The notes under the pieces: model-generated
The model's database searches: none
Seen by the model: the letters and a program-made list of their open reading frames with translations, nothing else
Told to the model about the DNA's origin: nothing
Source: Sphagnum compactum
Taxonomy: Eukaryota
Reading direction: 5' to 3'
Length of the DNA: 64,000 nucleotides
Assembly (NCBI GenBank): GCA_965153455.1
Contig: OZ234493.1
Span: forward strand, 16,854,213-16,918,212
Made by a program: the position numbers and the translations under genes
In this document: positions 52,401-64,000 of the stretch, one piece after another
Layout of the letters: the number at the start of each line of letters is the position of its first letter
Numbering within the stretch: the stretch's first letter is position 1

Positions 52401-52978
52401 ATCCAGCTGAAGTAATTCTTCTCCCAGAGTTCTAAAATAAAATCTGCTTCTTCTCTATATGCACCAATTGGCAAACCCTAATTCTGATACAGTTTCTTCA
52501 ATCACTGACCCTTTTTCATAAAACAATTTGTGAGCCCGATCGAGAAGCTCTCACCGAGCCAAAGAAGTAGTAATTCAGAGAACTCAGGTCTTGCATACAA
52601 CAATTTTATTGAGTCAAGAAACGTCTGCACAAAGGAGACAAGCACATCCACAGGGTGCTTGGCGGGATCATTGTCAGAACCTCCCCTCTTCCTGTTGACA
52701 CTAGCTTCCAATCTCCTTTCCGCCCTTTGGTTTTCCTCCCCTGCGAGAGCTTCACTATCTTGACCAAAACCTGTGGTTTTTTCCCCATCCGTCGCATGCA
52801 CACTTATTGTTGTACCATCTTCTTCCTGTAAAACCCACCCACCCATCAAAAAAACTAACGTAAAAGCAGCAGCAGCCACCCTGCTAACGAAACCGAGAGA
52901 AGGAAGGACAATGCATACGTCTTTGGCCGTGTCCTTGAACCACGTCAAGTACTTACAACCTCCACCAATGACCGCCAT
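49430..52978 (-). pseudogene. Second tandem SDN-type exonuclease paralogue, pseudogene
   Basis: Same exon series as the first paralogue. There is a frameshift in the VLVKIVKL..DPAKHPVDVLVSF exon. DCEM has become GCEL, HDL has become HAL, and PHNCLDD has become LNSCMDD. Confidence 0.85.
52190..52450. repeat. ~105-bp-period intronic tandem repeat (3 units)
   Basis: atcca(c/g)ctga...attcttctcccaga recurs at about 52192, 52297 and 52401. Confidence 0.8.
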
Positions 52979-55900
52979 GGCGAAAAGCTTCGGATCGTTA
53001 AGAACGCAAAAAAGGAACAGGACCCAAAGCCTTCTTTCGCGTCTTACGACTTCCTCCATTCCGACTCTGATGTGCGTCTTTGGTTGCACGTTCTGCCAAA
53101 CCCTAAACCCTAAGAGCTCCGTGCTTGTAATTGAAGAAATGTGCACCCGATGGTGGTTATGAAGTTCCAAATCTTGAAGAATTGGCTATAACATGTGTTA
53201 TCCAGAAGTTGGAATCAATTCGAAATGAACAAGACCTTAGTTCGTGTTGAAAGCACATTCCATGAGGAGCTTTACACAACCAAGCTTGAGAAGTGACTGC
53301 AGACACTTGAAAGGGAGAGGGAGACATGGAGGATTGCACGTGAAATTGAGGGGCAGAGCACACGCAATGTTCATCTTGCGGAGCTTACCTCCTCCATCTC
53401 TTCCCAAAGGACAGCAACTCATCTATGTGAAATGCTTCTAGCAATTGTACCAGCATCTGTTTCTGACACCGGATTTCAAATCTGTTTAAAACCGTTGTAG
53501 AAAGTTTGCTCAAAGAGTTCGCGAGTTCTCATGTACTACAGAACCGGAAAAGAACCTTCATTTTCTTGTTTTAACACCAAAACATCTTGTTCCTCCTTGT
53601 GTTTCCACAGTGATGGTTGACATCTAGTGCAAGACAACTTCGGCCAGTTATTAGTCCTTGAATGGCACAAGAGGACTCTAGTGTAGAAGGACTCCATTCC
53701 ACGAAGAAGAGGATGTATTGACTGACAAAACTGCATGAACGTGTGTTAGTTCAAACATGATGGACGAGTATAAAGTAGAACTTGATGGAAATGAAATCAA
53801 AACAATAGTGCAGTTCAATTCAGGTGGGGGGAGTTTTGAGGTGAGAGTTTTTGGAAGATGAAATAACTTCAGAGATAATAAAGCTTTGGCAGGTAAACAA
53901 TGTGGTAGTGCTATTCTTTGTGACTAATTTTGGTGGGATTCTGAGTTTAGCAATGGAGTTAGGTTGATGGGAGTCATGTAGACCATTTCTTGTTGCTTTC
54001 TGGTCTGGGAACTTTGAGGCATCTGGGTGTTGTAAAAGCTTGTTTGTGTGTGTAGGCATCAATTAGGCAGCAATTCTTAGCTGTGGCCTCTCCACTTTTG
54101 GCGTTTATCTCACCTGTGTGGTGCCGTGAGGTTTGGGTGATGAGACTATAATGTGCAAGTTCTTGTACTTGTAGTCTCACCTAGTGTTAAGGTGTTGGTC
54201 TAGTGGTGGCACTGTATCGGCCTTACCCACCACGGCAAGGATTCTGTGTTTAGAGTATAGTAGCTTCAGGAATTTTGGCCCTAACGTAAAAGGTCTATTT
54301 TTATATGAGGATTTTTGAAAGATGATATTTTTGCTTGTATTAAAATTTGAGATTAGTTATATACTTATATCTTGAAGGATTTTGGTGTCTTTTAGAGGAT
54401 TTTTTGAAGATTATATTTTTGCATGGTGAAATATTTGAGTTTCCATAATTCTTCTTTTGCCTTAAGATACTTTTTAATGTAGAAGGCAAGGCCGCAGTGT
54501 GACACACCCCTTGTTTTGTACATGGTTTGTACATATTAATAGGTATGAGAATGGTTTAGGTATTACGCCATTCATCAACTTTACAGATTATTATGGTATG
54601 AGTATATTCAAATCGGGGTGGCTATGAGGGGTGTAGAGATTTGGGGGTAACACATGTTCAAGTTTGGGGATTGGGGTGTTGGGGTGTAAGTTTTAGTGTA
54701 GCGTTTGGGGTGTGGAGCTCTAACTTAGGGTGCAAAAATCTCATTTGGGGTGTGGAGTTTTTTTTAAGGTCACTTATTTATAAAAAGTTCACATGGACCC
54801 ACATTTATGCCTCCTACACAAATGTGACAATGATGTGGCACCTATGTGGCACTTACATGGTAGTTAAGAACACTTTGGGAACGTACATTCCTTTGTTTTG
54901 GAACTTTCCATGTTCTCACACGGGAACATGAGGAATGTGGGGAACCTGTGAACAGGCAAAATGAGGGGAATGGGGGAATGTGCAAACATGAGAACAAACA
55001 GTTCAGAACATTTTGGGGACATGGGAAATGAGAACTGAACAAACTAAAACATATGGGGCACATGGGAAAGTCACCTATTTATCCAACCTAGACAAACTAG
55101 GCCCATGTTCAAACCATGGTTAGTTGGGTGTAACCGCTAGTTCCTAGCTCATTAACAATTCAAAATCAAAGAATCACCAGTTGCAGTCATTTCAAAATCC
55201 TCAAATACTCACTAGGCCTAGTTTGCAATAAAGAATTGGCAATTTTTGTACCAGATTTTCGGCCTTATTAAATGTTTTTATTGACAATTATACAAAACCA
55301 AGTCCATCATTTTTCTTCTTCTAATTGCATTTTCTAATACCTTGCCAAACGTGGTTTAGAATTAAAGGCATAGGAGAAGGGTCCGAAAATAGACCCTTTC
55401 AGGTTTGAAATCTTGACCCAAAGCTAATAGGCCAAGGGAAATGAGTCAAAAATCTGGAAGGGTCTTTATTCAGACCTTCACCTACATAAAGGCCAGCCTG
55501 ATTTTTCTTTCTCCTTCCTTTTACAAATTCAGGTAATTTGTTTTTTTAAACGGAACAAAATGTAGATAAGTAAAAGATAAAGGAATGAGTTTGAAAACTT
55601 ACCTTCCAAAATGTGGAAGGTCCAGTACATTTCAAAATGTACAATGCAAAATTCAAGGCAGTGAGTGTCCTGGAAATAGAAAAGAAAAAATCAAGCTGAA
55701 ATTTACGGAATAGCAAAGGGATGGTTCATGGAACTTGCAGGAATAATTTCAAGTACACTTGCAAATATATTTTAAATGATAATGCTCATGGTACAAACTA
55801 TTTTTAAAGGTGATAACAATGTTTTTTTTCAATTCGTGATCTTGCTCAAGTGGTGATTGTCAATAAATATATTTAATAAAATTTGGCAATATTCAAAATT

Positions 55901-58900
55901 TGAAAGTATAAAATATTAAACCACCCTTTCACATATTGTAAGCACTTATGGTGAATTTTTGTGATTTTTTTGTAATTGAGAGAATTCTTAATAGATTTTT
56001 TTTTTGAAAATATTTTTCACAAAATGGCAAAAATTAACCCAAAGAAATCATTGGGTGGTAAGTTAGAATTTCACTAGCATGAAATTATATCTTGCAAAAC
56101 CGACTATTATTCCCAAATAAGTATGACTTTTTGCAATGAGTGATTTGCCTACCATGACACTGAAGATTTGAAACATTGGAAACAATTTTCAACTAATCAT
56201 CTAAATAGAAGCATGTGCAAAATTTTCACAACATGAAATCATGATGCATAAACATTATATACATAAAATTATCATCACATTATTAAAAAAACACATTAAA
56301 GCATCAACATGATCAAAAATTATTCATACCATCATATCATAGGCAAACATAAATTGTCATGTGACATAATATTTTCCATCACAAATTGTTGCATATCATT
56401 TTGGTGGGTATCAACTAGTTTCAAGATTTTAGAATTGTAGGTTGACCACCTGTCTCACAAATTATAGATAAATTTTTAATAAATTAAAATATGGAATCTA
56501 TATTAATGAAAATGGAAATGATTTCCTGGAAAACCTATAGGATCATAGTTTTATTTTAATATTTTAGAATTTAAGAACGAATGAAAATATATTAATATTT
56601 CATTCTTATATCAATTTGATAATCACTGGTAGCATAGAATAATGCAAAGTTAAAATAATTTAATTTTAGTGATGAAAATTCATTAAAGTTGCCATATTAG
56701 ATACCTTAATTTTGGCAAGACAACCTTAGATTTCATAATTTGTGATTCTAGAGGTTGTCATTTGAACTATTCCAAATTGGAATTTATTCTCAAATAAAGA
56801 AGCATAGAAAGAAATCTTTTTGGCTTTGTGCTTTTTCAAAAGTGTTTTTTTCAACATCATGCTCATCAACAAATTTTCAATACCTTTTCCACCAACATGC
56901 ATCCATATTTAAAATTTGAATTAAATTCAGTTTTAATTTAATTTATTGAATTGAATTAAAATTAAAATTCATTGAAATTTCAATTCAATGTATTTGAATG
57001 AATTTTTTTTATTCCATTTATTTTAAAATTTTGAATCCAATTCAATTCAAGTTCTATGCAATGTCATTTGATATTTTGATTCAGATGGAACTTACTTTCC
57101 ACAAAATCAAAATTTTAATCTATCAATTAATCACCCCTAGTAAGGCACAACGACATGGAGGCCAAGTTAATAATAATGCATTTTTTTGTCGCATTTGTTG
57201 GCCTTGCCTACCAATGCAAGGATATTGTGTTTGGATTCATTATAGGAATATAGTAGCTTGATCATCATAAGGAAAAAAACTCGAGGCTTCAAGACCTGAG
57301 GTGTTTGTTACGTGGGCAAGGAGAAAGTCGAAGGCCTTGAGCCCACGTTTGTTGAACATTTGAATAAAAAAAACCCAAGGCTTGCAAGCCTTGGTTGTTT
57401 CTTGTTTTGTCAAGAAGAAACTTGGGGGTGCAAGGCCCCCGATTGCTTAAGGAGAAGAAGAAAACAAATCCTAGGGCTTGAGACTCCAAGTGCTTTTGAA
57501 AGTTTGGGAAAAGCTTCAAAGAAAAGTTTTCCACACCCTAAAGAAAGCTTAAGAAAAGTTCCTAAACCTCAAGAAAGTAAATAAGAAAGAAACACAAAGG
57601 TTAAGGGAAGAAGAAACTTACCTCCTCATTAATGTGTATTTGGTTTGGGGAAACCTCCTCCTACAAAATGCAAAACACATCGATTTATGTATCACAAAAC
57701 CCTAAAGGAGCTCATTTTGGGAACATGTACATCACAAAACCTTAATAACAATTTTTTTCCAAAAAGGTTTCGACATAACTATTTTGGATGAAATGATAAA
57801 ATAGGGTTTGGAGATGTTCACTTCTTGGTTTCCAAGATGTACATTTGGAAAAGCAACTAATTAAAAACACCTTTTATGTACATGAAAAAAAAAATTGTCA
57901 CCACAAACGAGAATGTAAAGAAGGTTCATATTCCAAATGCAAGTTTTAGTAGTTCACTCATGTTTCCATGCCATCTAGCTCTTGTATCTCTCTAATGGTA
58001 AATAATCTTATTGTTCCTCCAATGGCTCTACTTCACACCTCTACTTGGGATTTGTCCACGTGAAATTGCTCCTCTTCCTCCCATGTGCCTTCCACCTTTC
58101 CTCCATGTTTTGGTTGTCATGCATCTATTTTCTATTGAATGATTGAATTCATTCGTCAACAACAACCCTTATATCAATTGATCTTGTTAATTTACCATTC
58201 ATTGTCCCTAAAAACATGTAATTTTAGGGTTTTAGCTCTTTAAATGTTACTGCCAATAATCCTTTGAACGACACCAAGATCCACCTTGTTCTATAATTAA
58301 TTTATTGTTGATAACAATATTAGCAACTCATAGTTTACTTTAAGTGTTGTTGGCTTTTACTTTCTACCATTGGCATTTATTGTGTTTCTTAACTCTCGAA
58401 ATGATAAATGTCATCTTTTACTTCACCAAATTTTCCACGCTAGGCAACAACCTTTTATTATCTATCCAAAGGAGTTTTAATCTTCAGAATTGTGCAAATA
58501 TAAATTCAACTAAATTTATTGAATAGGGAGATAATAAAATAATATATTGGCTTTCAAGATGGGTTGTATCACTTCCCCATATCAAGCAAGTTCCCAAACT
58601 TATCCAAGCATTTGACATCAAATATGTGTTCCACAAAATGTGAAGGACATGTCCTTTTTAACAACATATACTCTTTCCATACGTATATGCTTGAATTTGA
58701 TAATAGTTTACCATCCCAATGAAATGTATTTATGAAAAAAATAGTTAATCCAATCATTATAGTTATGATGTTATCAGATCTTTCAAGGAGGTTATCATTT
58801 ATCTTTGTAAAAAAATCTCAAGTACATGTTATTCTTTCTCACTAACACATACAATATATATCCAAACATTCATATATGGAAAAATACATTTCTTTCATAC

Positions 58901-59594
58901 ATATATGCTTCAAATAATTAATATTTCACCTTCCCAATAAGTTCATGAAGATGCAAGTACTTGGCATTCTTCAACATCAAAATTTCCAATTCCAAATGTT
59001 CATCTATAAAAATATCTTAGGTATGTCCTTAAAAACATCCTCATCAAATTTATACCTTATTTTGGAAGACAAGGCATTATTTTCCATGAAAACTACATTC
59101 CTTTCATAGTTATGTGTATGGTTACCATTATTTCAATAACATCTTTCATTAACGCAAATTTGTTAGGATGTTACATTTCCTTTTCTTTTCACATTGAAAT
59201 AAATCTATCAATCTCAAAATTATTATACTTAACAATTTAAATTGATTGTTTGTTGCATTCATCCAAAATAAATATCATTATATATGATAGATTTGATATT
59301 CCCGTCATTTTTATGTTGTGATAAATAAGTTTTTCAACTACTATTATTTTGCAAATAACAAACCACAATAATCAATTATTGTTCATTTTTGCCTCCTAAT
59401 ATTATTGTTTGTGTGCATAAAAATAGAAGGGAAATAATTGAAAGCAAGAAAATTCTTGGAAATATTGTCAATTGTGGTCATATTTTCCATTGTTGATGAC
59501 TAAAACCTGCAGGAACTCCATTTCTACGCTTATTGTTGTAAAAAATAACAAGAAATCAACCTCCTAATAAAATTTGTAAAATGTGAATATGGCT

Positions 59595-59741
59595 TTAAGG
59601 GTACACAAATTCAATTGCAACATTGCTTTTAGCTCAAATGGACATTTGTTGGCATTAGGAAGTCTTGATGGAGTAGTAAATGTGTGGGAGAGCTCCATTG
59701 ACAAATTGAGACACAAGCTAGAAGAACTTAATTGGAAATGA
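59595..59741 (+). pseudogene. Isolated WD40 repeat fragment (AAMP/SQT1-like N-terminal half)
   Basis: Translates as ..NIAFSSNGHLLALGSLDGVVNVWESSIDKLRHKLE.., matching the AFS.DG.LLASG.LDG.V..W....G.L...LEG pattern. Confidence 0.6.
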
Positions 59742-60270
59742 CTGTGAGGGCAAGATTCAAGAAACTAATGATGATTGGATAAATGTTTAATGGTTAGGTG
59801 TGCAGCTTATTATTGATTACAGGTTGCCCAAGCTAGTCTTTTACTAGCATGTTCCATTTTAAGGTGTTAGGGGGTCATCATTGTAAAACTTCTAGTATGC
59901 AAACTTTTATTTAAGTTTAGATCAAGCCTTGGAGCAATGGAAGGATGACTAATAAAAGGAAAAAAAAACAGAAACATAGAGGAATGGGAGAAAATAGTTG
60001 TTGATACGAGGGAGAGAAGAAGGATTAAATAATAATCCTATGATTAAGAAGTCATTAGTGACTTGATCTATAAACTATTAATAGCTAATAAGAGAGATCA
60101 AAAGACAAAAGAGTGAGCAAGTTGAACATAATTCATTCAAGGGATGAAAATAGACTATGATTCTATCAACCCCCCCCCCCCCCCCTCAACCCTTAAAGAG
60201 CAAAGTTCAAGCTAAATTCTAGATGAAATGGACAAAAGATAAAAGGATCCCATATGCCCCCTTAATTTTT

Positions 60271-63200
60271 CTTGTTTACATTTTTTTTGCAATGGTGAAG
60301 CTAGTGTTCTTTTGATTTGTTGAATCAAAAGGAGGTTGATTGGTCTAGGCTGAGAACAAAATCATGATCTTCTTGAATGTAAACTTTTCATTAGTCATTG
60401 TTATCCTTATTTGTTCCATGGATTAATATACCAACGATTTCTAGCTATGTGGGCTATTGAGGATTTAAAATGGAGGGAATTTTTAGCTTACATCACAATA
60501 TGTTATTATATTCAGTACCACCAACCACATGGGTATGGGGTATTAAAATTTGAGGTAGGTTGCATGGGATTCTACGTTTTAAAATATTGTTGCTGATTAG
60601 AGTATGACTATCAATAGTACTACCATCGGCATCATATCGCAACCTCTAGCAAACCAGCCTTTATTATGATGCGCATGGAACGACAAACTCATCATTGGGT
60701 GTTACCACTAGGAACGTCACCCCCCATTTGTGAGATAAAAAAGACAAAGGAGTGAGACCCATTCAACTTCGATACAACATAGGACTCACATAAAAAATAT
60801 TTTTCATTCCAAATTTTTTTAATCAAAAGGTTACCCAAGTCATGTAGAATTCACAATTTTAATTAAATTTAAGATGTGTTTTGATGTGGAAAATGAATGC
60901 ATAAGGAAAAAGTTTCAGGAATGTCACAAGAGGGAATTTTTTTATTAGGAACACAATAGGAATCTATTTTATGGGAATTTTTCTTGGATGTTAGTTTTTA
61001 AAAATACTTGTAATGCCAACCTACTTGATGACTTTTATAGATAATTTATTGAATCAATTTTCATTTAGTTATGAATTTTTGAATTCAAAATTGTGAAGTC
61101 TTAAATGGCCATTGATGTCAAGAACACAAATGATGACTATTTTCACCTTTTGTTGTATTAATGACTAGTTTGGATCATTCCCTTGTGCATGTACTAAATA
61201 AACAAGAAAAAATATCTAATGTGTAAGTGTAAGGACATTTAAAAGAAAAAAATCAGGAACTAGGTCAGGAATGGTCAAGAATGGTTCAAGAATCAAAATA
61301 TTTATGCATATTATAGGTTTTTGGGTGTTCATTATTTTTCATGAGTGTGTCCATAGGTGGGGAAAACATAGCCCACCTAGTTCAATCAAATAAACTAATG
61401 TATAAATTGATAAAATTTTATTTAAAAAACTGGGTCGAACTTTTTTGTGATTTTGGCAAGGTGGTTCCTAGTGGTACCACCCTAGGAAAAATGTTATTGG
61501 AAACTATTCCAAACCATGTGGCAAATCAAATTCAAGTTGAACGTAAGCAATGGAAATAATTGATGGACCATTGTCAAGAATTGGCTTGTCTCACATACTT
61601 GGGTGATCACGTAATGGAGGCAACCACTTGGAGAATTAACTATGAATACATGAAATTTCAAGCAAATGATGTTCATTAGGGAAAATCTAAAAATGCATTC
61701 AATAGAATTTTCCTTCCAAACCCTTTTTTGCAATTTGTTTGAATTTCCAATAACAATACCCATTAATACTTCAATAATATTGTTCGCATTTTAGGTTTCA
61801 AAATTACAGAGTCAATGTTGTTAAATCAAACTTGGTGAGGGCTTTCCAATAATACCAAGAATGCCCCCAATTAAAAAAATTATCTTGGTTTTTTTTTTTA
61901 AGTCAATAAAAAATGGTTCAATAATCAATAGAGTCCACACCATAAGTCCAAACATTATAAACCAAGTTAATGCACCCCTATTCATTGAGAACATTTTGAT
62001 GATAAGTCCCATAGCATAACCTAAAACACTATGGTTTGGGAAATATCATTATGAGAAAACAAAACAAATTACCTTCCTTCATGGATAGATAACGTAACAT
62101 CTATTGTTGGCCACAAGTGTGAACACACTCAACTCATTTTCCTTTCTAATCCCAATTTTTTGTAATTTGTTTGAATTTTTGACAACAAAATTCATTCAAA
62201 ATTCAATATCATCCACACCTTAAGTATGAAAATTATGAAATAAACTTCATTAAAATTGATTCGGCAACTATTTCCCAACAACACCATGTACACCTTTGGA
62301 TTCGAATACAATTTTTATTTATGATTTTATTAATGTTTACTAAGAAAATGGTTCAATAATCAATAGCCTTTGCATCAACGCACCCCTACTCATTGTTAGG
62401 TTTTCAAATACATCAATAGCATTGCATGAAGCAATTTCAACATGATAAAACAAAACAAGATTAAGTAACTACATTCATAAATAGATTACATTACATGTTT
62501 TTTTCTTGTATCAAATGCATGGTTATTTATGATGCAATTTTTTTTGTGCATATAAATAATAAAATTTGATTTTAAAATAAAATTTAAGAAAAATTTGAAC
62601 TATAAGTTTGTAATAATGTGCATGTTCAATACACTTAACTATTATTTATACGTAGACTGAATTTAAGTTTACAACATATCAAATAATGATACATAATCAA
62701 TACTTCTATGGAACTTTAATGTTTATTCATTTTTATTCAGATGATATTTGAATATTTTCTTTAAATTGTAATAAAATTTCATTAAATATTAAACTACATG
62801 TAAATTATATTTGTGTAAATGAATGGTTATGTATGATGCAAATATTATTTGTGCATATAAATATTAAATTTAATTTCAAAGTAAAATTTAAAGAAAATCT
62901 GAAATTTGAGTTTGTAATAATGTATGTTCAATATATGTAATTTATTATTTATTTTTATTCAAATCCTAGTATACAACAAATAAACTAATTATGCATAACT
63001 AATAATTTTGTGGAACCTTAATGTTTATTCAGTTTTATACATATAATGATGTCTTGATATATATTTTAGATTACAATAAAAAGTCATTCATTATTAATAT
63101 ACATGTAAACGTTTCTCTATACGTGAATGGTTCATTGGTTATGTATGATGGATTTTTTTTGGTGTGTAAAAATATTACACTTTAATTTGAAAATAAAATT

Positions 63201-64000
63201 TAAGGAAATTTTGAAATATAATTCAACTTAATAATGTTTATGTTCAATACATGCATAATTTAGTTTACAACAAATGCTTTTTGGAATAGGTTGAATACAT
63301 TTGTAATTATTATTTCCATGTAGATTAATTTTAGTTTGCAACACATCATGTAATGATACATAATTAATATTTTTTAGAAATTTATTTTTTATTCTAGTTT
63401 TGGCTATTAGTTCCAATAAGTTTTTCATTTTTCCATTTTATTATCAATATTTTATTATTTACTTAGTTATTTATGATTAAATTATAATAATGATTGGAAT
63501 AATTAGCAATATATATTTAGTCAATTATCATATAATTTTAGAGATTCTTTTCATTTAACATTACTATACTTTGAGATATATTTTTTATATATATTTCTTA
63601 TTTAATAGCTATTATACTAGTTCATAAAAGTTCCAACAAGTTAGATAAAAATATGAATAATAATAATTAAATAACTAGCCTAGCCTAACTACTCGCTACA
63701 ATTATTAATAATGTTTTTGTTGTATTTATAGCCAACTATTAATTGTCACAATATTTTAATAACTAATTTGATAAAAATATCATTTAAATTTGATTATTGA
63801 TTATTTAAATTTTAGTGAATTCATTGTTTTATGAAATGTTAATAAAAAGTTATAAGGGGTTTGGAATTTTTAAAAATTTCAGTAATCACTATTAATTAAT
63901 TAGTTAATAGATAATTACATTTAATTTCTGGTTTTCTTTAAAATTAACTAATCACCATATTATTTAATAAATGACGATAATATGTTAATTGTTTAAATCA
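60271..64000 (-). repeat. Right arm of the long inverted repeat, running off the window edge
   Basis: Reverse complement of 28970-25290. The match is still continuing at base 64000. Confidence 0.93.

Noticed and set aside
52502-53170. 222-aa ORF as an independent gene
   Set aside because: It is a read-through of UTR, intron and part of a frameshifted SDN exon.
53500-59500. Possible MITE and transposase remnants (gggaac-rich 54880-55070; ttgaat-rich 56815-57170; decayed 58500-59250)
   Set aside because: The sequence looks repeat-derived, but I could not establish TIRs, TSDs or protein motifs by eye.

Overview
Eukaryotic land-plant nuclear DNA: intron-containing genes and PLS/DYW PPR motifs point to a bryophyte, probably Sphagnum-like (inference). 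The window is a rearranged, pseudogene-rich region. (1) A ~14-kb segment is present twice (copy A 5638-19864, copy B 28979-43232), with the last ~4.7 kb of copy A inverted. (2) The two copies show reciprocal gene loss: A keeps an intact SAXO/STOP-type axonemal microtubule gene, B keeps an intact intronless PD-(D/E)XK (Uma2-like) nuclease gene resembling fungal hypothetical proteins. (3) A >=3.7-kb AT-rich inverted repeat (25290-28970 / 60271-64000+) brackets ~31 kb, with a CACTA-like terminus near 24204. (4) Other content: a CRCK-like kinase at the left edge, CK1 and TKL-kinase pseudogenes, PPR-DYW and WD40 (AAMP/SQT1-like) fragments, and two tandem SDN-type DEDDh exonuclease paralogues. All alignments and translations were done by eye; no database searches were run.
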